From NCBI GenBank assembly GCA_022564195.1, contig JADFLW010000003.1, positions 12,747 to 76,746 on the forward strand: 64,000 bases of DNA. The letters run 5' to 3'. The position numbers and the translations under genes were made by a program. Position 1 is the first letter of the stretch. Each line of letters starts with the position of its first letter. The stretch is from Patescibacteria group bacterium. GTDB lineage: Bacteria > Patescibacteriota > Microgenomatia > UBA1400 > Chisholmbacteraceae. Shown here piece by piece: positions 10,015-20,111 of the stretch. The notes beneath the pieces were generated by a model that had not been told where the DNA came from, searched no databases, and worked only from the letters and a program-made list of their open reading frames with translations.

Positions 10015-11201
10015 AGATTCTGATGATTACCCCCTATCTGCCGTACCCATTGCTCTCAGGAGGCCAAATCCGAACCTACAATCTTTTGAAAAATCTCAAA
10101 GACAAACATGAAATCCACCTCTACGCACTCATCAAAGACGATGCCGAGAAGAAGTCTGTTTCAGAACTTGAAAAGTTTTGCAGGACGGTTAATTTATTCA
10201 AAAGAAGCAAACGCCCTTTCACCCTTCGTAATGTGCTTTTAGCCGCGGTCACCCCATACCCTTTTTTGGTAACCAGAAATCTTCCAATCAAGGCAAAATC
10301 AGTGATCACGAACGCACTCAACAAAGGTAACTTTGATCTCATTCACGCAGAAACCTTCTATGTCATGCCAAATATTCCCCAAACGCCGGTGCCGATTCTC
10401 CTTGTTGAGCAGACGATAGAATATCTCGTGTATCAGGACTTTGTAAAACAGTTCAGAGTAGCCCCATTAAAGCCGTTCCTCATGTTTGATGTCTACAAAA
10501 TTAAACGATGGGAGAAGTACTACTGGAGGAGAGCCAAGAGACTCGCCACCATGTCCGAAGAAGATAGACAGTTCATACGTGAGGTTGTGCCTGAAGCAAA
10601 AATTGACGTTGTGTCCAATGGGGTGGACGCAGAATTTTTTCAAGAAGTGAAGCGCAAAAGGCTTTCTTCGCCGGTCGTGTTGTTTGTCGGCCAATTCAAG
10701 TGGATGCCCAACAGAGACGCCGCCCACTTCATTCATCGGGAAATTTGGCCTCACATAAAACGTGCCGCTCCCGATTGCAAGTTGTGGATTGTTGGAAGAC
10801 ATCCAACGGCAGATATCCAAGCCCTAAACAACGAACCTGATGTTGTTGTCGATGACGGGATAGAGGACATTCGTCAGGCGTATGCGGCGGCAAGCGTATT
10901 GTTAGCGCCCATTCGAAGTGGCAGAGGAACAAAGTACAAGATTTTGGAGGCAATGGCATCCGGGACACCAGTGGTCGCCACCTCCCTGGGAATTGAGGGA
11001 ATCAAAGCCGTGAACGGAACCCACGTCTTGATTGCGGATGACGCTGAGGGATTGGCAGAGAAGACAATAGAAATTCTCTCAAACCAGGAAAAAGCCAAGG
11101 GCATCGCTGAAGCTGCCAAAAAACTCATTCTGAAGCACTATAATTGGAAGAAGATATCACGAGAGCTCGATAGAATCTACAGACAATTAGGAAAAGCATG
11201 A
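10011..11201 (+). CDS. Glycosyltransferase family 4
   Basis: GRGTKYKILEAMASGTPVVATSLGIEGI. Start overlaps the upstream stop. Confidence 0.85.
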   Translation: MKILMITPYLPYPLLSGGQIRTYNLLKNLKDKHEIHLYALIKDDAEKKSVSELEKFCRTVNLFKRSKRPFTLRNVLLAAVTPYPFLVTRNLPIKAKSVITNALNKGNFDLIHAETFYVMPNIPQTPVPILLVEQTIEYLVYQDFVKQFRVAPLKPFLMFDVYKIKRWEKYYWRRAKRLATMSEEDRQFIREVVPEAKIDVVSNGVDAEFFQEVKRKRLSSPVVLFVGQFKWMPNRDAAHFIHREIWPHIKRAAPDCKLWIVGRHPTADIQALNNEPDVVVDDGIEDIRQAYAAASVLLAPIRSGRGTKYKILEAMASGTPVVATSLGIEGIKAVNGTHVLIADDAEGLAEKTIEILSNQEKAKGIAEAAKKLILKHYNWKKISRELDRIYRQLGKA

Positions 11202-12103
11202 AGCTCAGCATCGTCATTTTAAACTTCAACACACGCGAGTACGTCCTCCAGTGCTTGCGATCCATAGAAGAGCAAAATATCGATCCGAAGGCGAATACGC
11301 TGGAAGTCATTGTCTCCGATAATGGATCAACTGATGGATCTGTTGAGGCAATACGGGAAAAATTCCCTTGGGTGAAAATCATTGAGAATAAGAAAAACAT
11401 CGGATTCGCCGCCGGAAATAACAGAGCGATAAAGCAAGCTCGCGGAAAGATCATCTTGCTTTTAAATTCGGACACCATCGTTCTCCCAGATTCCTTCGAG
11501 AAGATGCTTGAGTTTTTAGATAAGACTAAAGATGCTGGTGCGGCAACGGCGCGCCTTGAACTTAAAGATGGGGCGTTAGATCTGGGGTGCCACCGCGGTT
11601 TTCCAACGCCCTGGAATGCGATAACATATTTCTTAAGACTCGAGAGGTTATTCCCCAATGTGCCAGTGTTTTCCGGATACCATCAGTCTTGGAAGGATTT
11701 CAACGTGGCCCATGAGGTCGATGCGATTTCGGGGGCCTGTTTTTTTGTGCGAAGAAAGGTCGTCGAAGAAGTGGGATTGCTCGACGAGCGCTACTTCATG
11801 TATGCAGAGGACCTGGACTGGTGTATGCGGATAAAAAAAGCTGGTTGGAAGATTTACTACGTTCCCGACGCCAAAATCACCCATTTTAAAAAGCGATCGG
11901 GAAGAAGCAAGGCCGAGGGATTGCCAGTATCCCCAGAAACGAGGAAACTGCGAGCAAAAACGATTACCTATTTCTATGACACCATGAGGATCTTCTATGA
12001 TAAACACTACAAAGAAAAGTATCCTAGTTGGCTGAGAGCACTCGTAGTAGCAGGAATCTGGCTGCTCACAGCAGTAAAACTCATCCGCAACCGCTTTCTA
12101 TGA
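11198..12103 (+). CDS. Glycosyltransferase family 2
   Basis: LSIVILNFNTREYV...VSDNGSTDGS...LLLNSDT. Confidence 0.85.
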   Translation: MKLSIVILNFNTREYVLQCLRSIEEQNIDPKANTLEVIVSDNGSTDGSVEAIREKFPWVKIIENKKNIGFAAGNNRAIKQARGKIILLLNSDTIVLPDSFEKMLEFLDKTKDAGAATARLELKDGALDLGCHRGFPTPWNAITYFLRLERLFPNVPVFSGYHQSWKDFNVAHEVDAISGACFFVRRKVVEEVGLLDERYFMYAEDLDWCMRIKKAGWKIYYVPDAKITHFKKRSGRSKAEGLPVSPETRKLRAKTITYFYDTMRIFYDKHYKEKYPSWLRALVVAGIWLLTAVKLIRNRFL

Positions 12104-12186
12104 AGCGTACTGGCTCTCTAAGAAAGATATCTAAGGGTACGAATGCTGAAATCTCGCCGAAGCCCCGCTTGGTGGGACGGAGGCGG

Positions 12187-13323
12187 ATGAACATTGGTAT
12201 CGATGCCCGCTTTTGGGGATTGGAACATGCTGGCCTCGGGCGATACGTCATGGAGCTCGTCTCCCACTTGGCTCGCCTCGATCGAAAAAACCGCTACACG
12301 CTTTTCTTACGCAAACCTTACGATAAGGAATTAAAGCTTCCAAAAAACTTTGCGCTTGTGAGTGCCAATATCCGCCACTATACCATCGAAGAGCAATGGT
12401 TGCTTGCGGAAATATTTTCCAGGGCAAACCTCGACCTCCTTCATGTTCCCCACTTCAACGTCCCGCTGCTTTATAGAAGACCATTCATCGTGACCATTCA
12501 TGACCTGCTATGGCATGAGGTGAAAGGGCTGTCGGTGACGACCCAAAATACGCTCGTGTATCTCGTGAAATACATTGGATACCGAGCAATCGTTTCCCGC
12601 GTATTAAAGAATTCAGTGCGCATTTTAGTTCCGAGCAAAGTCATACGAGACAAGCTCGTCAACGAGCGTAGAGTAGAGAGAAAGAGAGTTCAAGTGACCT
12701 ACGAAGCGCCGAGCAAAATTTTTAGACCAGTAAGAAAGAAAGCGTCAATTCTTGCCAAATATCGGATCACCGAACCGTTTGTAATCTACGTGGGAAGTGC
12801 CTATCCGCACAAAAACATCGCCGCCGCCGCCGCCGCCGCCAAACTTATCAACGACCGTGGACACACAATCAAGCTTGTTGTTGCCAGCTCCCGCTCGGTC
12901 TTTTTAGATCGATTACGCAGGGAGCTTAAAAAGCAGGGGTCAGAAAAATTTGTGCGCCTCGTAGGATTCGTTCCCGACTATGACTTGGTCATCCTCTTTG
13001 CTCACGCGAAAGCTCTGATTCAACCATCATTGTCGGAGGGATTCGGGCTCACCGGGTTGGAAGCGATGGCCGCCGGACTCCCGGTGATTGCATCGAAGCT
13101 CAAGGTATTTGAAGAAATCTATAAGGACGCGGCTGTCTACATCGATCCGCAGTCGCCGGAAGAAATAGCTGATGAACTCGAAAAGATGGTAAGCAACGAA
13201 AACCTAAGACAACGTGTCATCAAAGCTGGCCTGTCCCGCACAAAGCAATTTAGCTGGTCTCGTCTTGCAAAAAAGACCCTACAAGTGTATGAAGATGCAG
13301 CGGAAGCGCAAAGGAAAGCATGA
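12187..13323 (+). CDS. Glycosyltransferase family 4
   Basis: PSLSEGFGLTGLEAMAAGLPVIASKLKVFEEI. ATG 12187 (MNIGIDARF) is preceded by GGAGG. The alternative coupled start ATG 12100 overlaps the upstream stop; the track start 12028 is unlikely. Confidence 0.8.
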   Translation: MNIGIDARFWGLEHAGLGRYVMELVSHLARLDRKNRYTLFLRKPYDKELKLPKNFALVSANIRHYTIEEQWLLAEIFSRANLDLLHVPHFNVPLLYRRPFIVTIHDLLWHEVKGLSVTTQNTLVYLVKYIGYRAIVSRVLKNSVRILVPSKVIRDKLVNERRVERKRVQVTYEAPSKIFRPVRKKASILAKYRITEPFVIYVGSAYPHKNIAAAAAAAKLINDRGHTIKLVVASSRSVFLDRLRRELKKQGSEKFVRLVGFVPDYDLVILFAHAKALIQPSLSEGFGLTGLEAMAAGLPVIASKLKVFEEIYKDAAVYIDPQSPEEIADELEKMVSNENLRQRVIKAGLSRTKQFSWSRLAKKTLQVYEDAAEAQRKA

Positions 13324-14435
13324 GAACGGCACTCGTCTACGACAGGGTAAACAAAATCGGTGGGGCGGAACGGGTGCTTGGCACACTGCACAAGATGTAC
13401 CCGGCTGCCCCGCTTTTTACTGCCGTCTATCATGAGAAGAATGCGCCTTGGGCGAGAGAATGGGATGTCCGACCATCGTTCTTAAATCTCTTCCCACTGG
13501 CCCGTTCAACCCATGAGTTATACCCTTGGCTCACACCGCTCGCCTTTGAAAGCTTCGATTTTGAGGGATTCGACATGGTCATAAATGTCACCAGTGCTGA
13601 AGCAAAAGGAATTCTTACCAAGCCAGAGACCGTGCACCTCTGCTATTGCCTGACACCCACGCAATACCTTTGGGTCAACCCGAAACTATATGAGGAAGCC
13701 ATCCCTCGAATCTTAAGACCGCTAGCCAGGCCCGTATTTTCCTATTTGCGGCACTGGGATAAAATTGCCAGTCAACGCCCGGATGAGATGATCGCAATTT
13801 CAAAAACCGTTCAACGAAGGATTAAAAAGCACTATGGGCGAGATACAGAGGTAATCTATCCACCCGTGGATGTTGAGCGATTCAAGCAAAAGGAAACCAA
13901 GGACAAAGGGCCGCCAACCAACGATCATTTTCTCGTCGTTTCTCGACTCGTTCCATACAAACGCATAGATCTTGTGATTGATGCGTGCAACGCACGTAAA
14001 GTTCCATTGATTATTGTTGGCACGGGGCTTGAGATGAAAAAGCTGAAGCGTCGTGCGGGACCAACGATCCAGTTTGTAGGAAAATTGACAGAGAGTGAAC
14101 TCGTTATGTACTATCAAAGATGCCGTGCCCTGATTTTCCCACAAGAAGAGGATTTCGGCATCAGCGTTGTTGAAGCGCAAGCGGCAGGCAAGCCAGTGAT
14201 TGCCTTCAACAAAGGAGGAGCGACAGAAATCATTCGGACAGGGAAAACGGGCATCTTTTTTTCTCGCCAGAAAGTTGCATCGCTTGTCAACGCAATGGAA
14301 GAGTTTGAAAAATCACAGTTCAGCGCAAGAGTCTGTCAAACAAACGCCAAGCGTTTCAGTAAGGAAAGATTTATGAGAGAATTGAGAATAAAGGTGGAGG
14401 AGCTATGGCAGGAGCACAGAAGAAAATCCCGATAA
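13320..14435 (+). CDS. Glycosyltransferase family 4
   Basis: PQEEDFGISVVEAQAAGKPVIAFNKGGATEII. Confidence 0.85.
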   Translation: MRTALVYDRVNKIGGAERVLGTLHKMYPAAPLFTAVYHEKNAPWAREWDVRPSFLNLFPLARSTHELYPWLTPLAFESFDFEGFDMVINVTSAEAKGILTKPETVHLCYCLTPTQYLWVNPKLYEEAIPRILRPLARPVFSYLRHWDKIASQRPDEMIAISKTVQRRIKKHYGRDTEVIYPPVDVERFKQKETKDKGPPTNDHFLVVSRLVPYKRIDLVIDACNARKVPLIIVGTGLEMKKLKRRAGPTIQFVGKLTESELVMYYQRCRALIFPQEEDFGISVVEAQAAGKPVIAFNKGGATEIIRTGKTGIFFSRQKVASLVNAMEEFEKSQFSARVCQTNAKRFSKERFMRELRIKVEELWQEHRRKSR

Positions 14436-15502
14436 AAGTCCTCATCATGTGTGGTGGAAAAGGCACCCGTATGTGGCCGATAAGCAACATCGGCCACCCG
14501 AAGCAGTTTGAGAATCTTCTGGGGAAACAATCAATGTTTCGACAGACCATAGAACGGGTGCTGAAAGGATTCCCGCCCGAGGACATCTATGTCGCTACGA
14601 GCGAGAAATTCGCCAAGTTTATCAAAAACCAAGCGCCAGAAGTTCCTCATGATCATTTCATCCTGGAACCAGCGATGAGGGATAATTTGGGAGCAATTGG
14701 TCTGGCAGCCGCGGTTATCAATCATCACCACCCTGACTCAGTGATGATTATTCTCTGGGGATCTGATCATATCGTCAAAAAGGTAGATAAGTTTTTGCAG
14801 GCGTTAAAACAGGCAGCCCAGTTGGCTTACGAGAACGACGTTATCGTCCACGTTGACACGTCTCCCAGTTATCCATCAGTGCACAATGGCTGGATAAAAA
14901 TCGGAAAGCGAATAAAAAAAATTGGAGACAACGAAGTGTACGAATTCATTTGCCAAGTGGAGAAGCCCGACAAAGAAACCGCAAAAACATTTTTCCGCTC
15001 CCGCAACTACCTCATTCACGTCGGGTACATGGCTGCAAAACCCGCTTTGCTTTTACGCTACTACCGCGAGTACGCTCCTGACGCCTACAAAGTCATCAAG
15101 AGAATTCAGCAAACAATTGGCACCAGTAAATTCAGAAAAACGTTAGAAAGAGAGTATCCTACGTTTGAAAAAGTTTCCGTTGACTATGGATTGTTTGAAA
15201 AACTTCCACCGAAAAGTCAGTGGGAGCTCCCAGTTGATATGGGTTGGATCGATGTCGGAACCTGGGAACTTCTGTATCTTGGACTCGATAAAGACGAGAA
15301 AGGAAATGTCGTGATCGGTGAAGCCCACCTTATTGATACAAAAAAATCACTGATCATAAGTAAGAATAAGGGAGTGATAGGGGTAATTGGCTTGCAAGAG
15401 ATGATTGTTGTGGAAACGGACGAAGGACTGTTGGTATGTCCTTTGAGTGCGGCTCCCAAAGTAAAGCAACTATACAACGAGCTGTACGAGAGGCCCAAGT
15501 AA
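14405..15502 (+). CDS. NDP-sugar pyrophosphorylase, mannose-1-phosphate guanylyltransferase-like
   Basis: N-terminal VLIMCGGKGTRMWPISNIGHPKQF nucleotidyltransferase loop. No C-terminal isomerase domain. Confidence 0.75.
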   Translation: MAGAQKKIPIKVLIMCGGKGTRMWPISNIGHPKQFENLLGKQSMFRQTIERVLKGFPPEDIYVATSEKFAKFIKNQAPEVPHDHFILEPAMRDNLGAIGLAAAVINHHHPDSVMIILWGSDHIVKKVDKFLQALKQAAQLAYENDVIVHVDTSPSYPSVHNGWIKIGKRIKKIGDNEVYEFICQVEKPDKETAKTFFRSRNYLIHVGYMAAKPALLLRYYREYAPDAYKVIKRIQQTIGTSKFRKTLEREYPTFEKVSVDYGLFEKLPPKSQWELPVDMGWIDVGTWELLYLGLDKDEKGNVVIGEAHLIDTKKSLIISKNKGVIGVIGLQEMIVVETDEGLLVCPLSAAPKVKQLYNELYERPK

Positions 15503-15514
15503 CAGATTATTGCA

Positions 15515-16150
15515 ATGATGAAAACCAACTGGTACTTCGAGCCAGTCAAAAGGGTCATGGATATCATTCTAGCGCTGGCACTCATGGTGGTATTCTTGCC
15601 GATCTGGATTGTGATCCCGATCCTCGTCATCCTCGATTCTCCAGGCCCCATAATTTACCGGCATCGAAGAGTAGGCAAGGGAGACAAGGAGTTTTGGATG
15701 TATAAGTTTCGGAGCATGGTGCATAATGCCGATGAGATTCTCTTTAAAAAAGACAAAAAACTTTTGAAAAAGTTTAAAGATAGCGACTGGAAACTTGAGA
15801 AAGATCCGCGAATCACGATACTGGGAAAAATCATGCGCTCAATCACCATCGACGAATTCCCCCAACTCCTAAACGTCCTCAAAGGAGAGATGAGTCTTGT
15901 CGGCCCCCGAGCCTATGTGAAGGAGGAGTTGAAAGAACAACAGCGTAAGTACCCAGAAACAGAAGCCTGGATTGAAGACATTCTGACAATCAAGCCAGGG
16001 ATCACCGGGCCATGGCAAACATCGGGCCGCAATATCGTGCCCTTCAACGTACGAGCCGAGATGGACGCAGAGTATGCAAGAAAGAAATCGATTTTGGAAG
16101 ACATGATCATTATTCTCAAAACACCAGGGGCGATGTTCAGCAAATGGTAG
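15515..16150 (+). CDS. Priming sugar-phosphate transferase (bacterial sugar transferase family, WbaP/WcaJ/PglC-like)
   Basis: N-terminal TM, then PGPIIYRHRRVGKGDKEFWMYKFRSM and DEFPQLLNVLKGEMSLVGPRA. Confidence 0.9.
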   Translation: MMKTNWYFEPVKRVMDIILALALMVVFLPIWIVIPILVILDSPGPIIYRHRRVGKGDKEFWMYKFRSMVHNADEILFKKDKKLLKKFKDSDWKLEKDPRITILGKIMRSITIDEFPQLLNVLKGEMSLVGPRAYVKEELKEQQRKYPETEAWIEDILTIKPGITGPWQTSGRNIVPFNVRAEMDAEYARKKSILEDMIIILKTPGAMFSKW

Positions 16151-16160
16151 AGGGAAAACG

Positions 16161-18122
16161 ATGAAGAAAATACAGTTGCTTAAGTTCTCCAAAGAGAAGA
16201 AACAGGCAAACCCAAATAGTAGAGATGAACAACAGCCAGTTCAAGCTGAAGCGGAGGATAGCCCGGGGAAACCGAAACCCCGCTGGCTGAAAGGGATTGG
16301 CATCGCGCTGGCCGCAATTTTCCTTATCGGAGGATTAGCCACGAGCGTTGCTGCCCTACAGGCCCGCAGTGTCGCTGCAGCTGCGAAAAAAACGGTGCAA
16401 GCCGCAAGAGCGGCGTACGACGCGGGCAAAAACCAAGATTTAATTGCCGCCAATCAGCAACTTGAGGACGTAAAAGCCAATCTCGACGAAACACAGCGTC
16501 GCTTTCAGACCTTGAGTTGGACCAAGTGGATCCCAATCGCTGGCAGCTACTGGCGTGATGGGGATCATGCCCTGAACGCGGCAAAAGCGAGCCTAGAAGC
16601 TGCTGATGTATTGGTGGACGCGATCGAGCCATACGCGGACGTCTTAGGCTTCAAGGGCCAAGGCAGTTTCCTGGGCGGCACAGCAGAAGACCGGATCGTG
16701 AAGGCATTAGAGACCTTGGATAAAGTTACCCCGCAACTCGATATCGTCGCCGAAAAATTAGAAATTGTCAATCAAGAACTTGGACAAATCGACCCGAAGA
16801 GATATCGCTTCACATATCAAGGGACAAAAGTCGATGACACAATTCGATTGGCGCAAAATTTGGCGCAAGATACGCTCTTCGCGGTGACCAAGGCCAAACC
16901 GGCAATCGAGAAACTACCAAAGATCATGGGCGTAGAAGGGGAAAGGAAGTACATGGTGCTGTTTCAAAACGATGCGGAATTGCGAGCAACTGGCGGGTTC
17001 ATGACAGCCTTCGCCATATTACGCATCGAGAAAGGAAAAGTATTCCAGGAGAAAAGCGAGGATATCTACGCCTTGGATAGCAAATTCAACTCCCGTATTC
17101 CAGCGCCAGAAATTATTCGTAAGTACCTTCCGCTCGTCTATCGCTATAACTTACGAGACATGAATCTCTCTCCCGATTTCAAGGTGTCAATGGACGAATT
17201 TTCTGGATACTACAATGAACTGCCTGGCGAACCGGAAATCGACGGAATCATTGCCGTCGACACCCAGGTATTAAAAGACATCGTCGAAGTCCTTGGTCCG
17301 ATCGAAGTGCCAGGCTACGGCACCTTCACCGCGGAGAATGATCCGCGATGCGAGTGTCCACAGATTGTTTACGAATTAGAGCTGTTGGTGAGCAGACCAG
17401 TTGCGACGTTGCGAAAAGACAGAAAGGGGGTGTTAGGACCCATGCTGCAGACCATTCTCATGAAATCTTATGCCGCACCAAAACAAATTTGGCCGAATCT
17501 GTTTCAGGCAATAATCCGCAATGTGGACGAGAAACACGTTCTGTTTTATTTCTACGATTCTGAGGAACAACGGGCGATGGAGCTTCTCAATATCGCTGGG
17601 CGAATAGAGGAGTATGAAGGCGATTATTTTCATCTTAATGACACGAACTTTGCGGGGGCCAAGTCCAATATGTTCACCGATCACCAAGTAGAGCAAATAA
17701 TCGAAGTGGCAGATGACGGAACCATCACCAAAACCGTAACCATCAAATACCAAAATCCACACCCGCCATCGAATTGCAATCTCGAGGCGGGAGAGCTCTG
17801 TCTCAACGGCACCTTGCGCGATTTTGTCCGACTCTATGTACCGAAAGGCAGCACACTCATAGAAGCATTGGGTTCAGAGGAGGAGGTAGAAACCAAGGAA
17901 GATCTCGGAAAGACGGTGTTTGAAGGCTTCTTCACTCTACGGCCGCAAAGCCAGGCAAAATTGATCTTCCGCTACACACTGCCATTCAAAGCCAGCCAGG
18001 ACTACAACCTGCTTATCCAAAAACAGCCGGGAAAGCGAGCCCCAACCTACACCATCATCACCCCAAGCTCAAAAGAAGACTTCACCCTCAAAACCGACAA
18101 ACAACTCTCCCTCCCGCTCTAG
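16161..18122 (+). CDS. Membrane-anchored extracytoplasmic protein, DUF4012-like
   Basis: 653 aa with an N-terminal anchor IGIALAAIFLIGGLA. NDAELRATGGFMTAFAIL resembles what I recall of DUF4012 proteins found beside polysaccharide loci. Confidence 0.45.
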   Translation: MKKIQLLKFSKEKKQANPNSRDEQQPVQAEAEDSPGKPKPRWLKGIGIALAAIFLIGGLATSVAALQARSVAAAAKKTVQAARAAYDAGKNQDLIAANQQLEDVKANLDETQRRFQTLSWTKWIPIAGSYWRDGDHALNAAKASLEAADVLVDAIEPYADVLGFKGQGSFLGGTAEDRIVKALETLDKVTPQLDIVAEKLEIVNQELGQIDPKRYRFTYQGTKVDDTIRLAQNLAQDTLFAVTKAKPAIEKLPKIMGVEGERKYMVLFQNDAELRATGGFMTAFAILRIEKGKVFQEKSEDIYALDSKFNSRIPAPEIIRKYLPLVYRYNLRDMNLSPDFKVSMDEFSGYYNELPGEPEIDGIIAVDTQVLKDIVEVLGPIEVPGYGTFTAENDPRCECPQIVYELELLVSRPVATLRKDRKGVLGPMLQTILMKSYAAPKQIWPNLFQAIIRNVDEKHVLFYFYDSEEQRAMELLNIAGRIEEYEGDYFHLNDTNFAGAKSNMFTDHQVEQIIEVADDGTITKTVTIKYQNPHPPSNCNLEAGELCLNGTLRDFVRLYVPKGSTLIEALGSEEEVETKEDLGKTVFEGFFTLRPQSQAKLIFRYTLPFKASQDYNLLIQKQPGKRAPTYTIITPSSKEDFTLKTDKQLSLPL

Positions 18123-18158
18123 CCTCCCATCTCACGTGCTAAACTAGAAAATAACTCT

Positions 18159-18704
18159 ATGCGCTCGCGTACTTACAAAACCGAAGGCATCATTCTCCAA
18201 CGTCTAAACGTTGGTGAGGCAGATAGGATTCTGACGGTATTTACGAAAGCACAAGGAAAAATCAGATGCATCGCCAAAGGCGTGCGCAAACCAACCTCAA
18301 GAAAATCCGCAAGTATCGAGCTTTTCAATCGGACGACGCTGTTTATTGCTAGGGGCCGCAACTTGGACATTGTCACCCAGACGGAGGTTGTTGAAAGTTT
18401 TCCTAAGATAAGAAAGAAACTCAAGGCAATCAAGGCCGCCTATCATGTGGTTGAGCTCGTGGAGCTTCTCACTGCGCAGAATCAAGAAAACGCACGTGTT
18501 TATGAGCCGCTGCTTAGTATCTTAAGAACCATCAACAAGCAGTCACATGCCACACGACGCCAAATCTCCGGGTTCGAGAAGGAGTTGCTCAGAGAACTTG
18601 GATTCGGTACGCCAAAGCAAGATTCGCAGGCAGCCCTCATACAGTTCATCGAGTCGATCATTGAAAAGCGCTTAACATCTATAGAAATCTTCAAAGATAT
18701 CTAG
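18159..18704 (+). CDS. recO: DNA repair protein RecO (minimal form)
   Basis: OB-fold N-terminus YKTEGIILQRLNVGEADRILTVFTKAQGKIRCIAKGVRK. Only 181 aa, with no Cys-rich zinc finger. Confidence 0.75.
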   Translation: MRSRTYKTEGIILQRLNVGEADRILTVFTKAQGKIRCIAKGVRKPTSRKSASIELFNRTTLFIARGRNLDIVTQTEVVESFPKIRKKLKAIKAAYHVVELVELLTAQNQENARVYEPLLSILRTINKQSHATRRQISGFEKELLRELGFGTPKQDSQAALIQFIESIIEKRLTSIEIFKDI

Positions 18705-18740
18705 CAATTTTCATCGTTTCCCTCTCAGTACTCATTCGTG

Positions 18741-18749
18741 TGATACGAT
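18741..18749 (+). promoter_or_regulatory. Extended -10 (TGaTACGAT) 6 nt upstream of ATG 18756; possible leaderless mRNA
   Basis: Read directly; no SD in the 6-nt gap. Confidence 0.35.
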
Positions 18750-18755
18750 ATCCCT

Positions 18756-20111
18756 ATGGCAAAATTAGAGGAAGTCGTTGCACTCGCTAAACGCCGGGGG
18801 TTTGTTTATCCCGGAAGCGAGATTTATGGGGGTTTAAAGGGTTTTTGGGATTATGGACCTCTTGGAGTTGAATTGAAAAATAATATCAAAAGCGCATGGT
18901 GGAACGAAATGGTTTACGGGCGTGACGATGTTGTGGGGATTGACGCGGCCATAATCATGAATCCCAAAGTTTGGGAAGTATCCGGTCATACAGAAGCATT
19001 CACAGATCCTTTAGTTGAGTGCAAAAAGTGTCATAAGCGATTTAGAGAAGATCATGTTGAAGAGAGAAAAAAAATTCATAAAAAGATTCGTTACAAGACT
19101 AAAGGAGTAAGTAATATTACACTTACAAATGAAGATAAGTATTATTTATTTTGTTCTGATGGAGTAAGTCACGAATTTACAGAGCCGAGAGTTTTCAATC
19201 TATTAACAGAGGTTTTTTTGGGTGTCACTGAGCCCAAACAAAAAACATATCTTAGGGGAGAAGTTACTCAAGGAGTTTTTGTGAACTTTAAGAATATTCT
19301 TGATTCGACTTCTATGAAAGTCCCTTTTGGAATAGCGCAGATAGGAAAGGCGTTCAGAAATGAAATTACTCCGGGGAATTTTACTTACAGAACTCGTGAG
19401 TTTGAGCAGATGGAGCTTGAGTATTTCATCAAGCCAGATGAACAGCAAGCTGAAAAAACATTTGAGTACTGGAAAAAGGAGCGGATGGATTGGTATATTT
19501 CTTTGGGCATGACAAAAGAGAACTTACGTTTTAGAAAGCATGGGAAAGACGAAAGAGCACATTATGCAAAGTTTGCTGAGGACATTGAGTACAAAGCGCC
19601 TTTTGGTTGGAGTGAGTTTGAGGGGATTCATCACAGAGGAGATTGGGATTTGGGAAGGCACAAATTATCTTATAAAGATGATGAAACTGGAAAAGAATAT
19701 ACTCCTTGGGTTATAGAGACATCTGGTGGTGTTGATCGGTCTACCCTGTTTTTCTTAATTGACGCATATTATAAGGCTAAAGATAGGGTGGTTCTTAGAC
19801 TCCACCCCCGTCTTGCTCCTTACAAAGTAGCTGTTTTTCCGTTGTTGGCCAATAAGCCAAAGCTTGTCGAAAAAGCAAGGAAGGTCTTCGGCAAGCTCAG
19901 ACTCTCGTTTCACTCGACCTGGGATGATCGGGGTAACATCGGAAAGCGATACTACGCGCAAGACGAAATCGGGACCCCCTGGTGTGTGACAATTGACTTT
20001 AAAACCTTGGATGATGATACGGTGACGGTACGGGATCGCGACACGACCAAGCAGGAGCGTGTGAACATCACCAAACTGATAGCGTATTTCGATGAAAGGC
20101 TTAAAACCTAA
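18756..20111 (+). CDS. glyQS: Glycine--tRNA ligase, class II dimeric type
   Basis: RRGFVYPGSEIYGGLKGFWDYGPLGVELKNNIK and FRNEITPGNFTYRTREFEQMELEYF motifs. Confidence 0.95.
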   Translation: MAKLEEVVALAKRRGFVYPGSEIYGGLKGFWDYGPLGVELKNNIKSAWWNEMVYGRDDVVGIDAAIIMNPKVWEVSGHTEAFTDPLVECKKCHKRFREDHVEERKKIHKKIRYKTKGVSNITLTNEDKYYLFCSDGVSHEFTEPRVFNLLTEVFLGVTEPKQKTYLRGEVTQGVFVNFKNILDSTSMKVPFGIAQIGKAFRNEITPGNFTYRTREFEQMELEYFIKPDEQQAEKTFEYWKKERMDWYISLGMTKENLRFRKHGKDERAHYAKFAEDIEYKAPFGWSEFEGIHHRGDWDLGRHKLSYKDDETGKEYTPWVIETSGGVDRSTLFFLIDAYYKAKDRVVLRLHPRLAPYKVAVFPLLANKPKLVEKARKVFGKLRLSFHSTWDDRGNIGKRYYAQDEIGTPWCVTIDFKTLDDDTVTVRDRDTTKQERVNITKLIAYFDERLKT

